A stretch of DNA of 63,990 nt, counting the filler, from Octopus bimaculoides (taxonomy: Eukaryota), in the NCBI RefSeq assembly GCF_001194135.2. It is 6 parts of 5 records of this genome, joined end to end, with 100 filler letters (N's around TTAATTAATTAA, not from the genome) between each part and the next. Parts side by side here need not be neighbours in the genome. Positions count along the whole stretch, not along the records: positions 1 to 26,342 come from NC_069002.1; positions 26,443 to 51,645 come from NC_068981.1; 4 more parts are not named here. One strand, 5' to 3'. The notes beneath the pieces were generated by a model, which worked only from the letters and a program-made list of their open reading frames with translations, was not told the DNA's origin and searched no databases. The position numbers and the translations under genes were made by a program. This document shows positions 13,967 to 26,537 of the stretch, piece after piece; within the stretch, counting starts at the first letter, position 1, and each line of letters opens with the position of its first letter.

Positions 13967-14858
13967 TTTAATTTAAAAGAGAGTTTTGATGCTGATATCC
14001 ATTATTATTCAATAATAATGGATATCAGCATCAAAACTCTCNNNNNNNNNNNNNNNNNNNNNNNNNNNNNNNNNNNNNNNNNNNNNNNNNNNNNNNNNNN
14101 NNNNNNNNNNNNNNNNNNNNNNNNNNNNNNNNNNNNNNNNNNNNNNNNNNNNNNNNNNNNNNNNNNNNNNNNNNNNNNNNNNNNNNNNNNNNNNNNNNNN
14201 NNNNNNNNNNNNNNNNNNNNNNNNNNNNNNNNNNNNNNNNNNNNNNNNNNNNNNNNNNNNNNNNNNNNNNNNNNNNNNNNNNNNNNNNNNNNNNNNNNNN
14301 NNNNNNNNNNNNNNNNNNNNNNNNNNNNNNNNNNNNNNNNNNNNNNNNNNNNNNNNNNNNNNNNNNNNNNNNNNNNNNNNNNNNNNNNNNNNNNNNNNNN
14401 NNNNNNNNNNNNNNNNNNNNNNNNNNNNNNNNNNNNNNNNNNNNNNNNNNNNNNNNNNNNNNNNNNNNNNNNNNNNNNNNNNNNNNNNNNNNNNNNNNNN
14501 NNNNNNNNNNNNNNNNNNNNNNNNNNNNNNNNNNNNNNNNNNNNNNNNNNNNNNNNNNNNNNNNNNNNNNNNNNNNNNNNNNNNNNNNNNNNNNNNNNNN
14601 NNNNNNNNNNNNNNNNNNNNNNNNNNNNNNNNNNNNNNNNNNNNNNNNNNNNNNNNNNNNNNNNNNNNNNNNNNNNNNNNNNNNNNNNNNNNNNNNNNNN
14701 NNNNNNNNNNNNNNNNNNNNNNNNNNNNNNNNNNNNNNNNNNNNNNNNNNNNNNNNNNNNNNNNNNNNNNNNNNNNNNNNNNNNNNNNNNNNNNNNNNNN
14801 NNNNNNNNNNNNNNNNNNNNNNNNNNNNNNNNNNNNNNNNNNNNNNNNNNNNNNNNNN

Positions 14859-15183
14859 AGCTGCTCGTGAAATTAACGTGCAAGTGGCTGAGCACTCCAC
14901 AGACACGTGAACCCTTAACGTAGTTCTCGGGGATATTCAGCGTGACACAGTGTGGCAAGGCTGACCCTTTGAATTACAGGCACAACAGAAACAGGAAGTA
15001 AGAATGAGAGAAAGTTGTGGTGAAAGAGTACAGCAGGGTTCGCCACCATCCCCTGCCGGAGCCTCGTGGAGCTTTTAGGTGTTTTCGGTCAATAAACACT
15101 CACATCGCCTGGTCTGGGAATCAAAACCGCGATCTTATGACCGCGAGTCCGCTGCCCTAACCACTGAGCCATTGTGTCTCCAC
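14859..15183 (-). mobile_element. tRNA-headed SINE
   Basis: Reverse-strand head with A/B-box-like motifs at about 15120-15183. Tail GCTCGTGAAATTAACGTGCAAGTGGCTGAG is shared with partial copies near 16275-16400 and 39470-39570. Confidence 0.75.
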
Positions 15184-15945
15184 TCTGTAGACTTGTTGTT
15201 ATGGTGTAACTCTAAATTAGCTCTGATCAAACAGAACTATGATTAAAACTTTTCCTTTTTGTAACAATCCATTTTGTTTTTGTCGGAATGGTGTATTTAG
15301 GAGCACATTATTTAATATATCCTTCCTTTTTTAAGATAAGATTGTATAATTTGGGGAAGATTGGCTTGTTATTTCTAGCATGTAGAGACACCTTCATTGA
15401 GGTAATTCAATTGAAAATTTTCTTGGCGTGTAATTGTAGTTTTTTCACTTCTGAAGCCTAATTGGTACCTACCGTATCTTGTGAGTTGCAGTTTTCATGA
15501 CTAAATCAATCATCATGGCCCACCAATCACTACAGTTGATCAATCATTAATGATGACCAAACATTTCAGATGATCTCATATTTGTGTCTTTCTTTCTTTT
15601 TTTTTTTTTCCTTTTTGTTATTTTATATCACAATCAGTGAACGACAACATCATTAGTTAAATGATTTCCAACAGATCAGTCACTGAGTCATGGTTTTTAT
15701 CATGGTGAGTATAACAAGGGATTGCTTGTGCAACTCGGGCAGAGCAAATATCACAAGAGATCTCTGTCTGAAAGAACCAGTTTGCTAAATTTCTTGAGGA
15801 ATGAGTAACTTTATAATATTTACCTTATAATTCTTTCCAAAAGGTTTGGTATAACAAATCAAGGACATAGAACTGAATACATGTGTGTATATAACATTAA
15901 ACACGATGACATTGATGATGATAAATACATATATACATGTGTGTC

Positions 15946-16008
<63 letters not shown>

Positions 16009-16425
16009 GTATGCATATAAACAAGAGAAATAGCCGCCAAGCTGGATTCCTAATATGCTAATTTTTTATTCTTAAATTTTGAGAACATATTCTTCGTGGT
16101 AAGGTGATTTGGCATCTTCTTCTAGCATATTAGGAATCCACCTTCGTGGCTATTCCTCTTCTTTATATAGATAATATAATTTATAGTCTTCGGACATTTT
16201 TAAGTATGCTAGGCCACTGGTTTAAATTGATATTATTTAATAATATTCATTTCTACCCTCATTATGTCAATGGAACAGCCTGCTCATGAAATGAATGTGC
16301 AAGTGGCTGAGTACTCCACAGACACATGTACCCTTAACATAGTTCTCAGGGAGATTCAGCATGACACAGACTGTGATAAGGTCGACCCTTCGAAATAGAG
16401 GTGCTACTCATTTTTAAGTGACAGT

Positions 16426-16836
16426 ATTTCCTCATGTAACACATGTATTACATACTTGATTTTAAATGAAAAAAATCTGGGATGTGACTTACGCAGGGGG
16501 CAAAGTTAAAACTATGGAAGGGAAAAATTTTTTACCAAAATTTAACACTAAATTAAGGTTGCACATTATACATGAGTAAATCTGGTAGATCTTTATTACC
16601 TTCAGCTACTTAAAGATCTACCAGATTTCCTCATGTAACACATGTATTACATACTTGATTTTAAATGAAAAAAATCTGGGATGTGACTTACGCAGGGGGC
16701 AAAGTTAAAACTATGGAAGGGAAAAATTTTTTACCAAAATTTAACAATAAATTAAGGTTGCAATTTAACACTAAATTAAGGTTGCACATTATACATAAGT
16801 AAATCTGGTAGATCTTTATTACCTTCAGCTACTTAA
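16426..16836 (+). repeat. about 190-bp tandem duplication with an inverted templated junction insert
   Basis: Copy 1 is 16426-16613 and copy 2 is 16625-16836. Copy 2 has an extra internal ~21-bp duplication. Confidence 0.9.
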
Positions 16837-17042
16837 GGTGGTGAGCTGGCAAGAATCATTAGCATGCCGGATGAAATACTTAGCAGTATTACACCCATCG
16901 CTACATTCTGAGTTCAAATTCTGCTGAGGGCGAATTTTGCCTTTCATCCTTTCGGGGTCGATAAATTAAGTACCATTGAAATATTGGGGTCGATTTAATC
17001 GATTAGCCCTCTCCCTGCAAATTTCAGATCTTGTGCTTTTAA

Positions 17043-17093
<51 letters not shown>

Positions 17094-17510
17094 GGCAGTG
17101 GGCTAGCAGAATCGCTAGCATGCCAAACAAAATGCTTAGTGGTATTTCATCTGCCACTACATTCTGAGTTCAAATTCTGCTGAGGTCAACTTTGCCTTTC
17201 ATCCTTTCAGGGGATGATAAATTAAGTACCTGTGAAACATTGGGGTTAATGTAATCAATTAGTCCCCTCCCCTCAAATTTCAAACCTTGTGTCTATAGTG
17301 TTCAGGATTATTATTATGATTATTATTGTAATTATTATTAAGGCAGCGAGCTGGCAGAATTGTAAGCACACTGGAAGAAATTTTTAGCGGTATTTCACCC
17401 ACTGCTATGTTCTGAGTTCAGATTCCACCAAGGTTCACTTCGACTTTCACCCTTTCAGGGTCAATAAATTAAGTACCAATGAAGCATCGGGGGCACTGTA
17501 ATCGACTAGT
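16836..17510 (+). mobile_element. three tandem copies of the AAGGCGGCGAGCTGGCAGAA-type SINE separated by (ATT)n
   Basis: Repeated head GAGCTGGCAGAATC..TTAGCA, B-box-like GAGTTCAAATTC and core GACTTTGCCTTTCATCCTTTCGGGGTCGATAAATTAAGTACC. Further copies near 5985-6190(-), 8545-8700(-), 24465, 31395-31600(-), 42271 and 47880-48350. Confidence 0.8.
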
Positions 17511-17991
17511 CTTGTATGGCTACAGTCTAATGACTGAAATAATCAAAAGATAAAAGATGAAAACACATCATAACAGAGAAACATGAAACAAAACTCAATT
17601 AGTTGATAAAATCTTTATTGAGAATACAACTATTTTTTTTTTTTTTTGGTTTTTGATTTTGATATAAGATTCCACAATAAAACTGGAAAAATGAAGTTTT
17701 GAAAGCTTTATTAATTGCCAAATACAAACCCAAAATCAACAGACAGAGATAAAGCATGCATGAGCAGAAGTATAAAAGTTAGCGAGAATCAATCATTAAA
17801 TAATATTAAAATCTATTGATAACAATTTTATCAGTTACATCATTGCTATTATCACCTGCTACCATCATTATTAAATGTGGGAATAACTCACCAGCCTGGG
17901 TTATAATTTCGTTCAGAAGATGTGGGACTGAGAAGGTCATGAAAATTTTAATGAGCTTAGGACTGTTATAATAATAATAATAATGATAAAT

Positions 17992-18340
17992 GCCCCGATG
18001 CAGTACAAGGCAGTGGTTCTCATGGCTTCTGATCTTAACTGATTGGAAGTGTTATCATGAACATGTTTTGTTTTAGTATAAAAAGATGGGCTACAACAAA
18101 TATTCTGCTCAGTACTACAGATTTGCTTGTCCGTTGTTTTGGTTGCTGATGATATGTGCATCCCTGATCATGAGTAGAAATAGTGGGGGAGCATCATAAC
18201 CATGTGTTGAGAGGAAATCTTTGGGGGTTTGGATAATTCACCCCTGGAAACATGGGTGTTTTATACAACATCCTTAAGCAATCCTTATTCAGGGACCTTT
18301 TGAGCAGGATGGGCTACTCAGTCTGAAGAAAATTCTAACT
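17992..18340 (+). mobile_element. dispersed ~600-bp repeat family (GCCCTGATGCAGTACCAGGCAG...), partial copy
   Basis: Matches 59143-59432(+), 22343-22825(-) and 25237-25641(-). Confidence 0.8.
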
Positions 18341-18419
18341 ATTTCCTACTATGTGGGAATTAATTAATTAATCAATCACATCATTGAAATCTCAAAGCTT
18401 CAAGATAATGCAGGATTAA

Positions 18420-18624
18420 CCTTTTAGCATTTAATCCGGCCATATCTGTCCCAAATATTTTATCTGTTTTATGTTCAAACAAGCTAGATCTGGCTTCTCA
18501 ACATATCCTACAATGCCATTCACATCAGTGAAATCTTGAAGCTTAGGCATTATGTATGTTTGATTCAAAGCAATGTAGGTAAATATGCTTAATATTTGAC
18601 AGAGTAATCTGAATGCTAAAATGG
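18420..18624. mobile_element. piggyBac-like MITE with TTAA on both sides
   Basis: TTAA|CCTTTTAGCATT ... AATGCTAAAATGG|TTAA. Confidence 0.8.
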
Positions 18625-18759
18625 TTAAGTCTAGTGTTGAAATGGATGACAGGTAAGTCAGGTGTTTAATTGAGAAACAAATCACCACTCTAAAGAAGAT
18701 ATTAATCTACAGAAAGTTTCACCTGAGAGTCAGGGGACTGCTTGTTGTTGTAATTGTTG

Positions 18760-18947
18760 TTGGTTAGGAAGGGCATCCAGCTGTAGAAACTCTGCCAAAT
18801 CAGATTGGAGCCTGGTGTAGCCATCTGGTTTCACCAGTCCTCAGTCAAANNNNNNNNNNGTAGCCATCTGGTTTCACCAGTCCTCAGTCAAATCGTCCAA
18901 CCCATGCTAGCATGGAAAGCGGACATTAAACGATGATGATGATGATG
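18760..18947 (+). mobile_element. SINE or LINE 3' tail of RTE type ending in (GAT)n
   Basis: GTTAGGAAGGGCATCCAGCTGTAGAAACTCTGCC...CCAACCCATGCTAGCATGGAAAGCGGACATTAAACGATGATG. More than 12 related copies occur, e.g. 14-118(-), 31235-31365(+), 32490-33046(+), 35745-35970(+), 36875-37106(-), 38543-38783(+). Confidence 0.8.
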
Positions 18948-19518
18948 TTGTTACTGTAGTTGTTGTTGTTGTTGTTTCACTCCAGCCCAATCATGATTGA
19001 ACAAAACTCCTATAATCAAGCAAGCTCTAATACCTCCTTCACCATATTCTTGGCGGTATTGCTCAGAAAACAGTATCCAGTACATTCTTTATGTTTCCAA
19101 GAAGCTACCAAGTACCTGTTGTTCTTTTCGAGATAGAGTTGATGGTGTTCATTCTTGCTAATCACTGAAGTGGGTAGCATCTTTTAAGATCAAGAATTTT
19201 GTCATGAAAAAAACGGAATGGACATTACCTTAACTGACCAGTGCTATTATTCCTTTAACCATTTTGTACCAGTTGTTTTATGTTTTTGTTGTAGTTATCT
19301 TTTTCTTATTTAACAACTTCGTAGAAAATATTCACAATTAAATCTGTATGTTTGGTAATAAATGACAACATTACCATGTTACAGAATAGAAAGCCAAGAA
19401 TAACAAAACAAGAAATATAGAAACTTGAAATATAATAAAATAAGAAAATGCAAACATTGAAGAATTCTTCTATGTCATTATTAATGTGCAACTTCAACTA
19501 TTTTCAATTTCTCTGCAG

Positions 19519-19623
19519 GATCTTGTGCAGCTGCTTCTTGCAGAGTATCTTAGCAGTAACAGTTGCCATGAGAGACGAATGGCTTGCAGTATTCTTTCCA
19601 AACTTCGCAGCCAGATGAAGAAG
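19519..19623 (+). CDS. isolated coding exon of a HEAT-repeat protein, HEATR4-like (DLVQLLLAEYLSSNSCHERRMACSILSKLRSQMKK)
   Basis: Strong acceptor TTTTCAATTTCTCTGCAG and donor AAG|GTAAGG; 105 nt, phase 0-0, open frame. The LVxxLLAxxLxSxxxxxRxxACxxLSxL pattern recalls HEATR4 from memory; no database check was possible. Confidence 0.6.
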
Positions 19624-20202
19624 GTAAGGTAGAAAGAGTCTCTAGGATACGTTCTATATTTATCACAGAACTGATTCTGTAAATAGTGCAGAGAGCAGGA
19701 AGTCGTCTTTGTTAGACTGTAACGTATATAACCACTGCGGTGTTTGGTGTCGGATCTAAATTAAATTGAGTTTGTTGCGGTGTGTAGATGTCGACTGGAT
19801 GATTAGAGAGATAGAGAGAGATGGATAGGGTGTGAAAATGCTTAAGTGGATATAGATAGATTAAGTATGGCAATGTTGACTGGATANNNNNNNNNNNNNN
19901 NNNNNNNNNNNNNNNNNNNNNNNNNNNNNNNNNNNNNNNNNNNNNNNNNNNNNNNNNNNNNNNNNNNNNNNNNNNNNNNNNNNNNNNNNNNNNNNNNNNN
20001 NNNNNNNNNNNNNNNNNNNNNNNNNNNNNNNNNNNNNNNNNNNNNNNNNNNNNNNNNNNNNNNNNNNNNNNNNNNNNNNNNNNNNNNNNNNNNNNNNNNN
20101 NNNNNNNNNNNNNNNNNNNNNNNNNNNNNNNNNNNNNNNNNNNNCAGTATGTTGGAGAAGCAACTCATGCTAATCCCTGTATATTTATGATTATATATCA
20201 TC

Positions 20203-20239
<37 letters not shown>

Positions 20240-20459
20240 GGAGAGAGATAGAGAGAGAAATAGATAGATAGATAAACAGAGAGACAGACAGATAGATAGA
20301 TAGATATGAAAAGATAGATATATAGATAGATAAAAAAGATAGATAGACAGATAGATAGACAGACAGATACACAGACAGATAGGTAATAAATAGGAGACAG
20401 AGACATACAGATAGATAGATAGGTAATAGATAGACAGGCAGACAGATATACAAACAGAC

Positions 20460-20505
<46 letters not shown>

Positions 20506-21701
20506 GTACTGGATATAGATAAAGTGTGTTTGTATTCACTGAATAGATAGATACAATATGTAGACATTGACTAAGGAGATTGACAAAAGACAAACTGTAT
20601 TGTTGACTGAATGAATAAGTTCAGTGTGTATATGTTGAGTGGGTGCACAGTTCTAGGTGAATTCGTCTACAACAATTTATCTGTGTGTGTGTGTGTGTGT
20701 GTTGTTGTTGCTGTTTTGTGTGTGCGTGTGTGTGGCTGTAGATGAATTGTATCCATAGATAAATTGCTGTAGAGGAATTGTTGTAGACAAATTCACCAGA
20801 TACCTCTGCGCACACACACACACACACACAACAGACCTCTTTCAGTTTCTCTCTACTAAATCCATTCACAAGGGTTTGGTAAGCCCGAGGCTATAGTAGG
20901 CCATAGTATTGGAAAAACTGTTCTGGACCTGGGTTTACAGACCCTTAACCAAATTTCATTCTTGTGCCAGCGGATGTAGATTGGATAGACAGGCACATAA
21001 ACATAACCATTATCATTTAACATCCACTTTTGATGCTGGCATGGGTTGGAGAATTTGAGAGGAGCTAGAAGACCAGAAAACTGCACCAGCCTCAACTCTC
21101 TGCTTTGGTGTATTTTCTACAGCTAGATGCCCTTCCTAATGCCAGCCACTATCATCACCTGACATAAAGCCATCTCCCTCAATGCTGGTCTCTATTCATT
21201 TGAGGGGTTTTGGCCTGTGGCTTACTCAGTGACCTCACCAGTGCTGGTGCCACATAAAAACACCCATTCTGCTCTGTAAAGTGGTTGGCACGAGGAAGAG
21301 TATCCAGTCATAGAAACTATACCAAACCAAATGGTGAAGCTTAATGCAGACTTCTAGCTTACCAGCTCATGTCAAAACTGTTCAACTCATGCCAGAATGG
21401 AAAGCAGATATTGAATGATGATGATCATTATAGTATATATATCTGAGTGTATGTGTACATCTATATATATAAATGTGTATGTAGTGATATGCGTTTGTGA
21501 GTGTGTGTATATATCTATATATCTATATATATTTCTAATTGTAAATATTTAATTTCCAGCGTTCATACAGTAATAAAATATGTCTTTGTCCATTCAACAT
21601 ATTCGTTGTCTCAATAATAAACAATGTCATGGTCACTTTGAGATACAGACACGATTGATTGATTCCTCTTCATTGATCAAATTCAAATTGCATGAATATT
21701 T

Positions 21702-21743
<42 letters not shown>

Positions 21744-22342
21744 CATTTGTATATCTGTATATTGGCAAGATGCTGTTGACAGGTTTAGCAATTGCTGTGC
21801 GGTGAAGTGTAACATATTTGAACAAACACACACACACATGAACACACACATATATATACACACACACACATACATACATACATGCATGTATATACATAAG
21901 AACACTCACACACACACAGCACACATATACATACATATATACACACACAGTCACTCACACACACACACAAATCCACAACTATGATTGTAAATATTTAATT
22001 TAAGTTGTACAATTTGCTATAAAACATTTCTTAGCACTTCTATATCTATAGGTGCAGGCTGTGTAGTATGTAGCTTTCTTAACAACCGCATTGCTCTGGG
22101 TTCAGTCCTACTGCTTGGCACCTTGGGCAAGTATTTTCTACTATAGCCTTAGGCTGACCAAAGCCTTGTGAGTGGATTTGGTACATGGAAACTGAAAGAA
22201 GCCAGTCATATATGTGTGTGTGTTTGTGTTTGTCTGACCACCATCGCTTGACAACTGATGCTGGTGTGTTTACGTCGCTGTAACTTAGCAGTTCAGCAAA
22301 AGAAACTGATACAATAAGTATTAGGCTTACAAAGACTAAGTC

Positions 22343-22825
22343 CGATAAGGGTACACCAGGCACATGCATTACAACCATGTGTGCGCGACGTGGTAATCTC
22401 ATATTGAGATAAACAGTGCATGACCTTGCAGGTGGGGCCCTGTTAGAATTTTCTTCAGGTTGCGTAGCCCATCCTGCTCAAAAGATCCCTGAATAAGGTT
22501 TGTTTTAAGGATGATGAATAAAACACAAAACACTTATGTTTCCAGAAGTGAATTATTGAAACCCCAAAGAATTCTTCTCAACACATGGCTATGATGCTCC
22601 CCCACTACTTCTGCTCGTGATCAGAGATGCACATATCATCAGCCACCAAGGGACATACTCAACTGGTTATGGTCAAGCAACTGACAAGCAAATATGTGGT
22701 ATTAAGCAGAATATTTGCTGTAGCCCCATCTTTTATACCAAGACAAAACAATGTACATGATAACAATTCCAATGAATTAAGATCAGAAGCCATGAGAGCC
22801 AATGCCTGGGGCTGCATCCGGGCAT
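22343..22825 (-). mobile_element. dispersed ~600-bp repeat family copy
   Basis: Reverse complement of the 17992 and 59143 copies. Confidence 0.8.
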
Positions 22826-23192
22826 TCTTCTTCTTATTATTATTATTATTATCATTATTATTATTATCATCATCATCATCATCATGCCTTTCTAAGCAGG
22901 AGGACAGGAACTGCCAGAGGGTACTTTCCCATGCCTTGGGGATGACAGAGTAATCCAGGATTTTTGTGTGGGATTTACCCTGGATAACGCTAAGTGGACT
23001 GCCCCACTAATGGCGATTCTATTTATTTATTTATTTGTTTATTTATTTCTCTATTTTCTATTATATATCCTCTGTAATATCCCTTAATGTGTTTCTATCT
23101 CCCCTTCATCGACGTTAACCCCACATTTTTTGGGTGGTGGGGAATTCTTGTTTCATTGTGTTTTTTTTGTGTGTTGTAACTCATCCTTCGAT

Positions 23193-23495
23193 ATTGTTCT
23201 CCATGTCTTCGGCCCTTGTGGCCAATAAAAGAAATCCACCTCCTCCTCCTCTTCTTCTTCTTTTTCTTCTTCTTCTTCTTCTTCTTATTATTATTATTGT
23301 CCTCCATGTCTTGGGCCCTTGTGGCCAATAAAAGAAATCCTCCTCTTCTTCTTCTTCTTCTTCTTATTGTTATTATTATTATTATTATTATCATTATTGT
23401 CCTCCATGTCTTGGGCCCTTGTGGCCAATAAAAGAAATCCTCCTCCTCTTCTTCTTCTTCTTCTTCTTCTTCTTATTATTATTATTATTATTATT
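23193..23495 (+). repeat. triplicated ~100-bp unit: 45-bp AATAAA-containing segment + (CTT)n + (ATT)n
   Basis: ATTGTCCTCCATGTCTTGGGCCCTTGTGGCCAATAAAAGAAATCC starts at 23193, 23296 and 23396. Confidence 0.9.
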
Positions 23496-24660
23496 GTTCT
23501 TTATAACTCGGGTTTTGTTGGAACTCCTGGAGCCTTGTACATGGAATCTTGCATGTGTATCATTATTATTATTATTATTATCATCATTATTATTATTATT
23601 ATTATTCTTATCCTTGTTATCGCTTGATGGAAACTTCGTTTGGCATGTACTCCATTTCAGGATACACTGTGAAGTTTGTCTGACGTGATTATTTGATGCA
23701 CAGTCTTTTGTGCAGTGATGCATCTAACACCAACATGCATCAAACTGAACTAGCAAGAAAATAGGCTACAGCTACCGGTGCTGTTGGTGCAACTGCTGCA
23801 GTTGTTGTTGCTGCTGTTGTTGTTATTGTTGTTGTTGTTGTTTTTGTTGTTGTTGTCGCTGTTGTTGTTGTTATTCTTGTTGCTGCAGCCATTGTTGGCG
23901 GTCTTTATGCTTAATACTGTTGCTTTTGATATTGTCGCTATTGTTCTTATTCAACCCCGGGTCAACCCCGTTCAAGAATAATTCTGATCAAAGCCATTTC
24001 ATCCGTGACCATCCCTAGCTTCTACCTACATGCAAATAGATTTAGGATCACGTTATTCAAACATATCATCTCATAATTCAATACTGTGGAATTTGAGGAT
24101 GATTTGGCTGCTATTTCTAGCAGGTTGCGCAACCACATAAAAGATCCCTATTGTCATTATCCCTACAGCAGTTTTCTTGCTTTGTTCTTACAATTGTTGC
24201 CACTCTTACTGTTGCTGTTATTGTTGTCGTCATTTATGTTGTTATTTTCTGTTGTTATTGATGTTGTTATTGTTGTTCCTGCATGTTGCTATTTTTTTAT
24301 CGTGGTTTTATTATTGCTGGTATGGCTGTTGTTATTGATGAAGATGATGATGATTATTATTATTATTATTATTATTTTATGAAAACTCTCAGTTTATTTT
24401 GCTGGGTATAATGGAAAGTGTCAGCTGTCCACAGCCATATTACTATTATTATTATTATTATTATTAGAGCTAGTAGAATCATTACCACACTTGGCGAAAT
24501 GCTTAGCAGTAGTTTGTCTGCTGCTACATATTGAGTTCAAACTCCGCCAAGGACAACTTTGCCTTTCGTCCATTCTGGGTTGATAAATTAAGTACCAGTG
24601 AAACAATGTAGTCGATGTAACTGACCCAAAATTTCAGGCCTTGTGCCTTTAGTAGAAAGG

Positions 24661-24692
<32 letters not shown>

Positions 24693-25236
24693 GGTTTCAC
24701 AATTATTACTATAAATATATTATTACTATGAGACCGAGGGGTCCTAATATTGTTTGCCCTGATTTCTTTAGACTACAAATGAGGGCATATTTACAACTGT
24801 TTGTTTAGCTGCTGCTGATGCTGCATGTGACTAGTAATGCAGGTTATTTGATTGCACTGCTAGTTGATATGGCAGGCAGTCGATTAAAGGCAGGTGAGAG
24901 GGGATTTTTGAGAATAGCGTTTGCAAGTTAGGATTACCATAGCTAAAACATCAAAGTCTAGAAACATTTCATAAGTTTTAAGAATCTATAGTATTCTATC
25001 TATAACTACCCCATCGTATTTATGATGAAGTAATTTATCTATGGCATATCAGATTGTACTTAAAATATAAAAATCTATAAACATCTCAAAGTTTTAGCAA
25101 ACTTAGAAAGTACTAGAAAAAAAAAGCTTACACATTTTTGCGGGGAGCTGTTAAATGATGATGTCATCGTGTGGATGATTTCAGTAGCATCCTAGGATTA
25201 TCATCATCATCATCATCATCATTATCATCATCATTT

Positions 25237-25641
25237 TTATTAATGAGTGAGAGAGCAACACATGCCATCAAAGTGACACTGGGGTAAAATATACGAAGCC
25301 CAATATACCCAACATGACTACCCGTCTGATAAGGGCACACCAGGCACATGCATCATAACCATGTGTGCACGATATGGTGATGTCATATCGAGATAAACAG
25401 CGCATGACCTTTCAGGTGGGGTCTAGTTAGAATTTTTTTTTTATGCCAAGTAGCCCGTCCTGTGCTTCCTGTGGTGAATTGGTCAAGCCCCAAAGAATTC
25501 ATCTCAACACATGGCTATGATGCTCACCCAATACTTCTGCTCATGATCAGAGATGCACATATCATCTGCCACTGAGGGACATGCTCAACTGGTGAAGAGT
25601 CAGGCAACTGACAAACAAATCTGTCGTACTGAGTAGAATAT
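25237..25641 (-). mobile_element. dispersed ~600-bp repeat family copy, internally deleted
   Basis: Shares GATAAGGGCACACCAGGCACATGC and CTTCTGCTCATGATCAGAGATGCACATATC with the 22343 copy. Confidence 0.8.
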
Positions 25642-26011
25642 ATCATCATCACCATCACCACCACCACCACCACCACCACCGTCGTTGGCATCGTCTGAGT
25701 AGTCTTATTGTTATTGCGTGTGTCTCTGCAGAACGTAGCACAGCTCTGTGTAGGTTGGGTACAATGCCGTGTGATTAATTTTTAATTAATCAATTAACAC
25801 ACCAATAGACATTTCATTTCTAGCTCAGTGAAGTCGATGAAAGTTACAAACTTCTGCATGTTAATGTTGTTGTTGTCGCCGTTGTTGTTGTTGTTGTTGT
25901 TGTTGGTTCTTACTTGTTCAGATCAATGACAAGGGAGTTAATTTGAAATTTTGCATTCTCTCTTCACAGTTGATTGTTCAAGAAATTTTATACATCATTC
26001 TATATTATCAT

Positions 26012-26044
<33 letters not shown>

Positions 26045-26231
26045 GTTCATTGCATCGTAATGCCAGCTGCTGGCCTCAGTTGTCATCGTTATCATCATTA
26101 TTGCCATCGTCATCATCACCATAAGCATTATTTTCATCAGCATCATAGTCCATCGTCGTCATCATCTTCACCATCATCATCAACTCTATCACCACAACCA
26201 ACACCACTATCATGATCATCATCAACTTTAT

Positions 26232-26266
<35 letters not shown>

Positions 26267-26342
26267 TCATCAAGAGAAGCACTACCATCACCATCATCAT
26301 CATTTCAACCTCCATGTTTTCATGCTCGCATGAGTCGGTCGA

Positions 26343-26442
26343 NNNNNNNNNNNNNNNNNNNNNNNNNNNNNNNNNNNNNNNNNNNNTTAATTAATTAANN
26401 NNNNNNNNNNNNNNNNNNNNNNNNNNNNNNNNNNNNNNNNNN
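26343..26442. other. artificial scaffold-join spacer (44 N + TTAATTAATTAA + 44 N)
   Basis: Exactly 100 bp; the 12-mer places stop codons in all six frames; the same spacer occurs five times. Confidence 0.95.
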
Positions 26443-26485
26443 TGATGGGACAGACTTTATTGTTACTGGTGTTTTCCCTATCTTC

Positions 26486-26486
26486 C

Positions 26487-26537
<51 letters not shown>

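Noticed and set aside
13919-14958. Long ORFs of about 230-340 aa, also at 19842, 29497, 46389, 52661, 53735 and 59554
   Set aside because: They consist almost entirely of N-gap codons.
24809-24893. Possible 85-nt exon ending GCAG|GTGAGA as a HEATR4-like continuation
   Set aside because: The peptide LLLMLHVTSNAGYLIALLVDMAGSRLKA lacks the expected W-x-D-W...VR motif, and the upstream acceptor gives stops in all frames.
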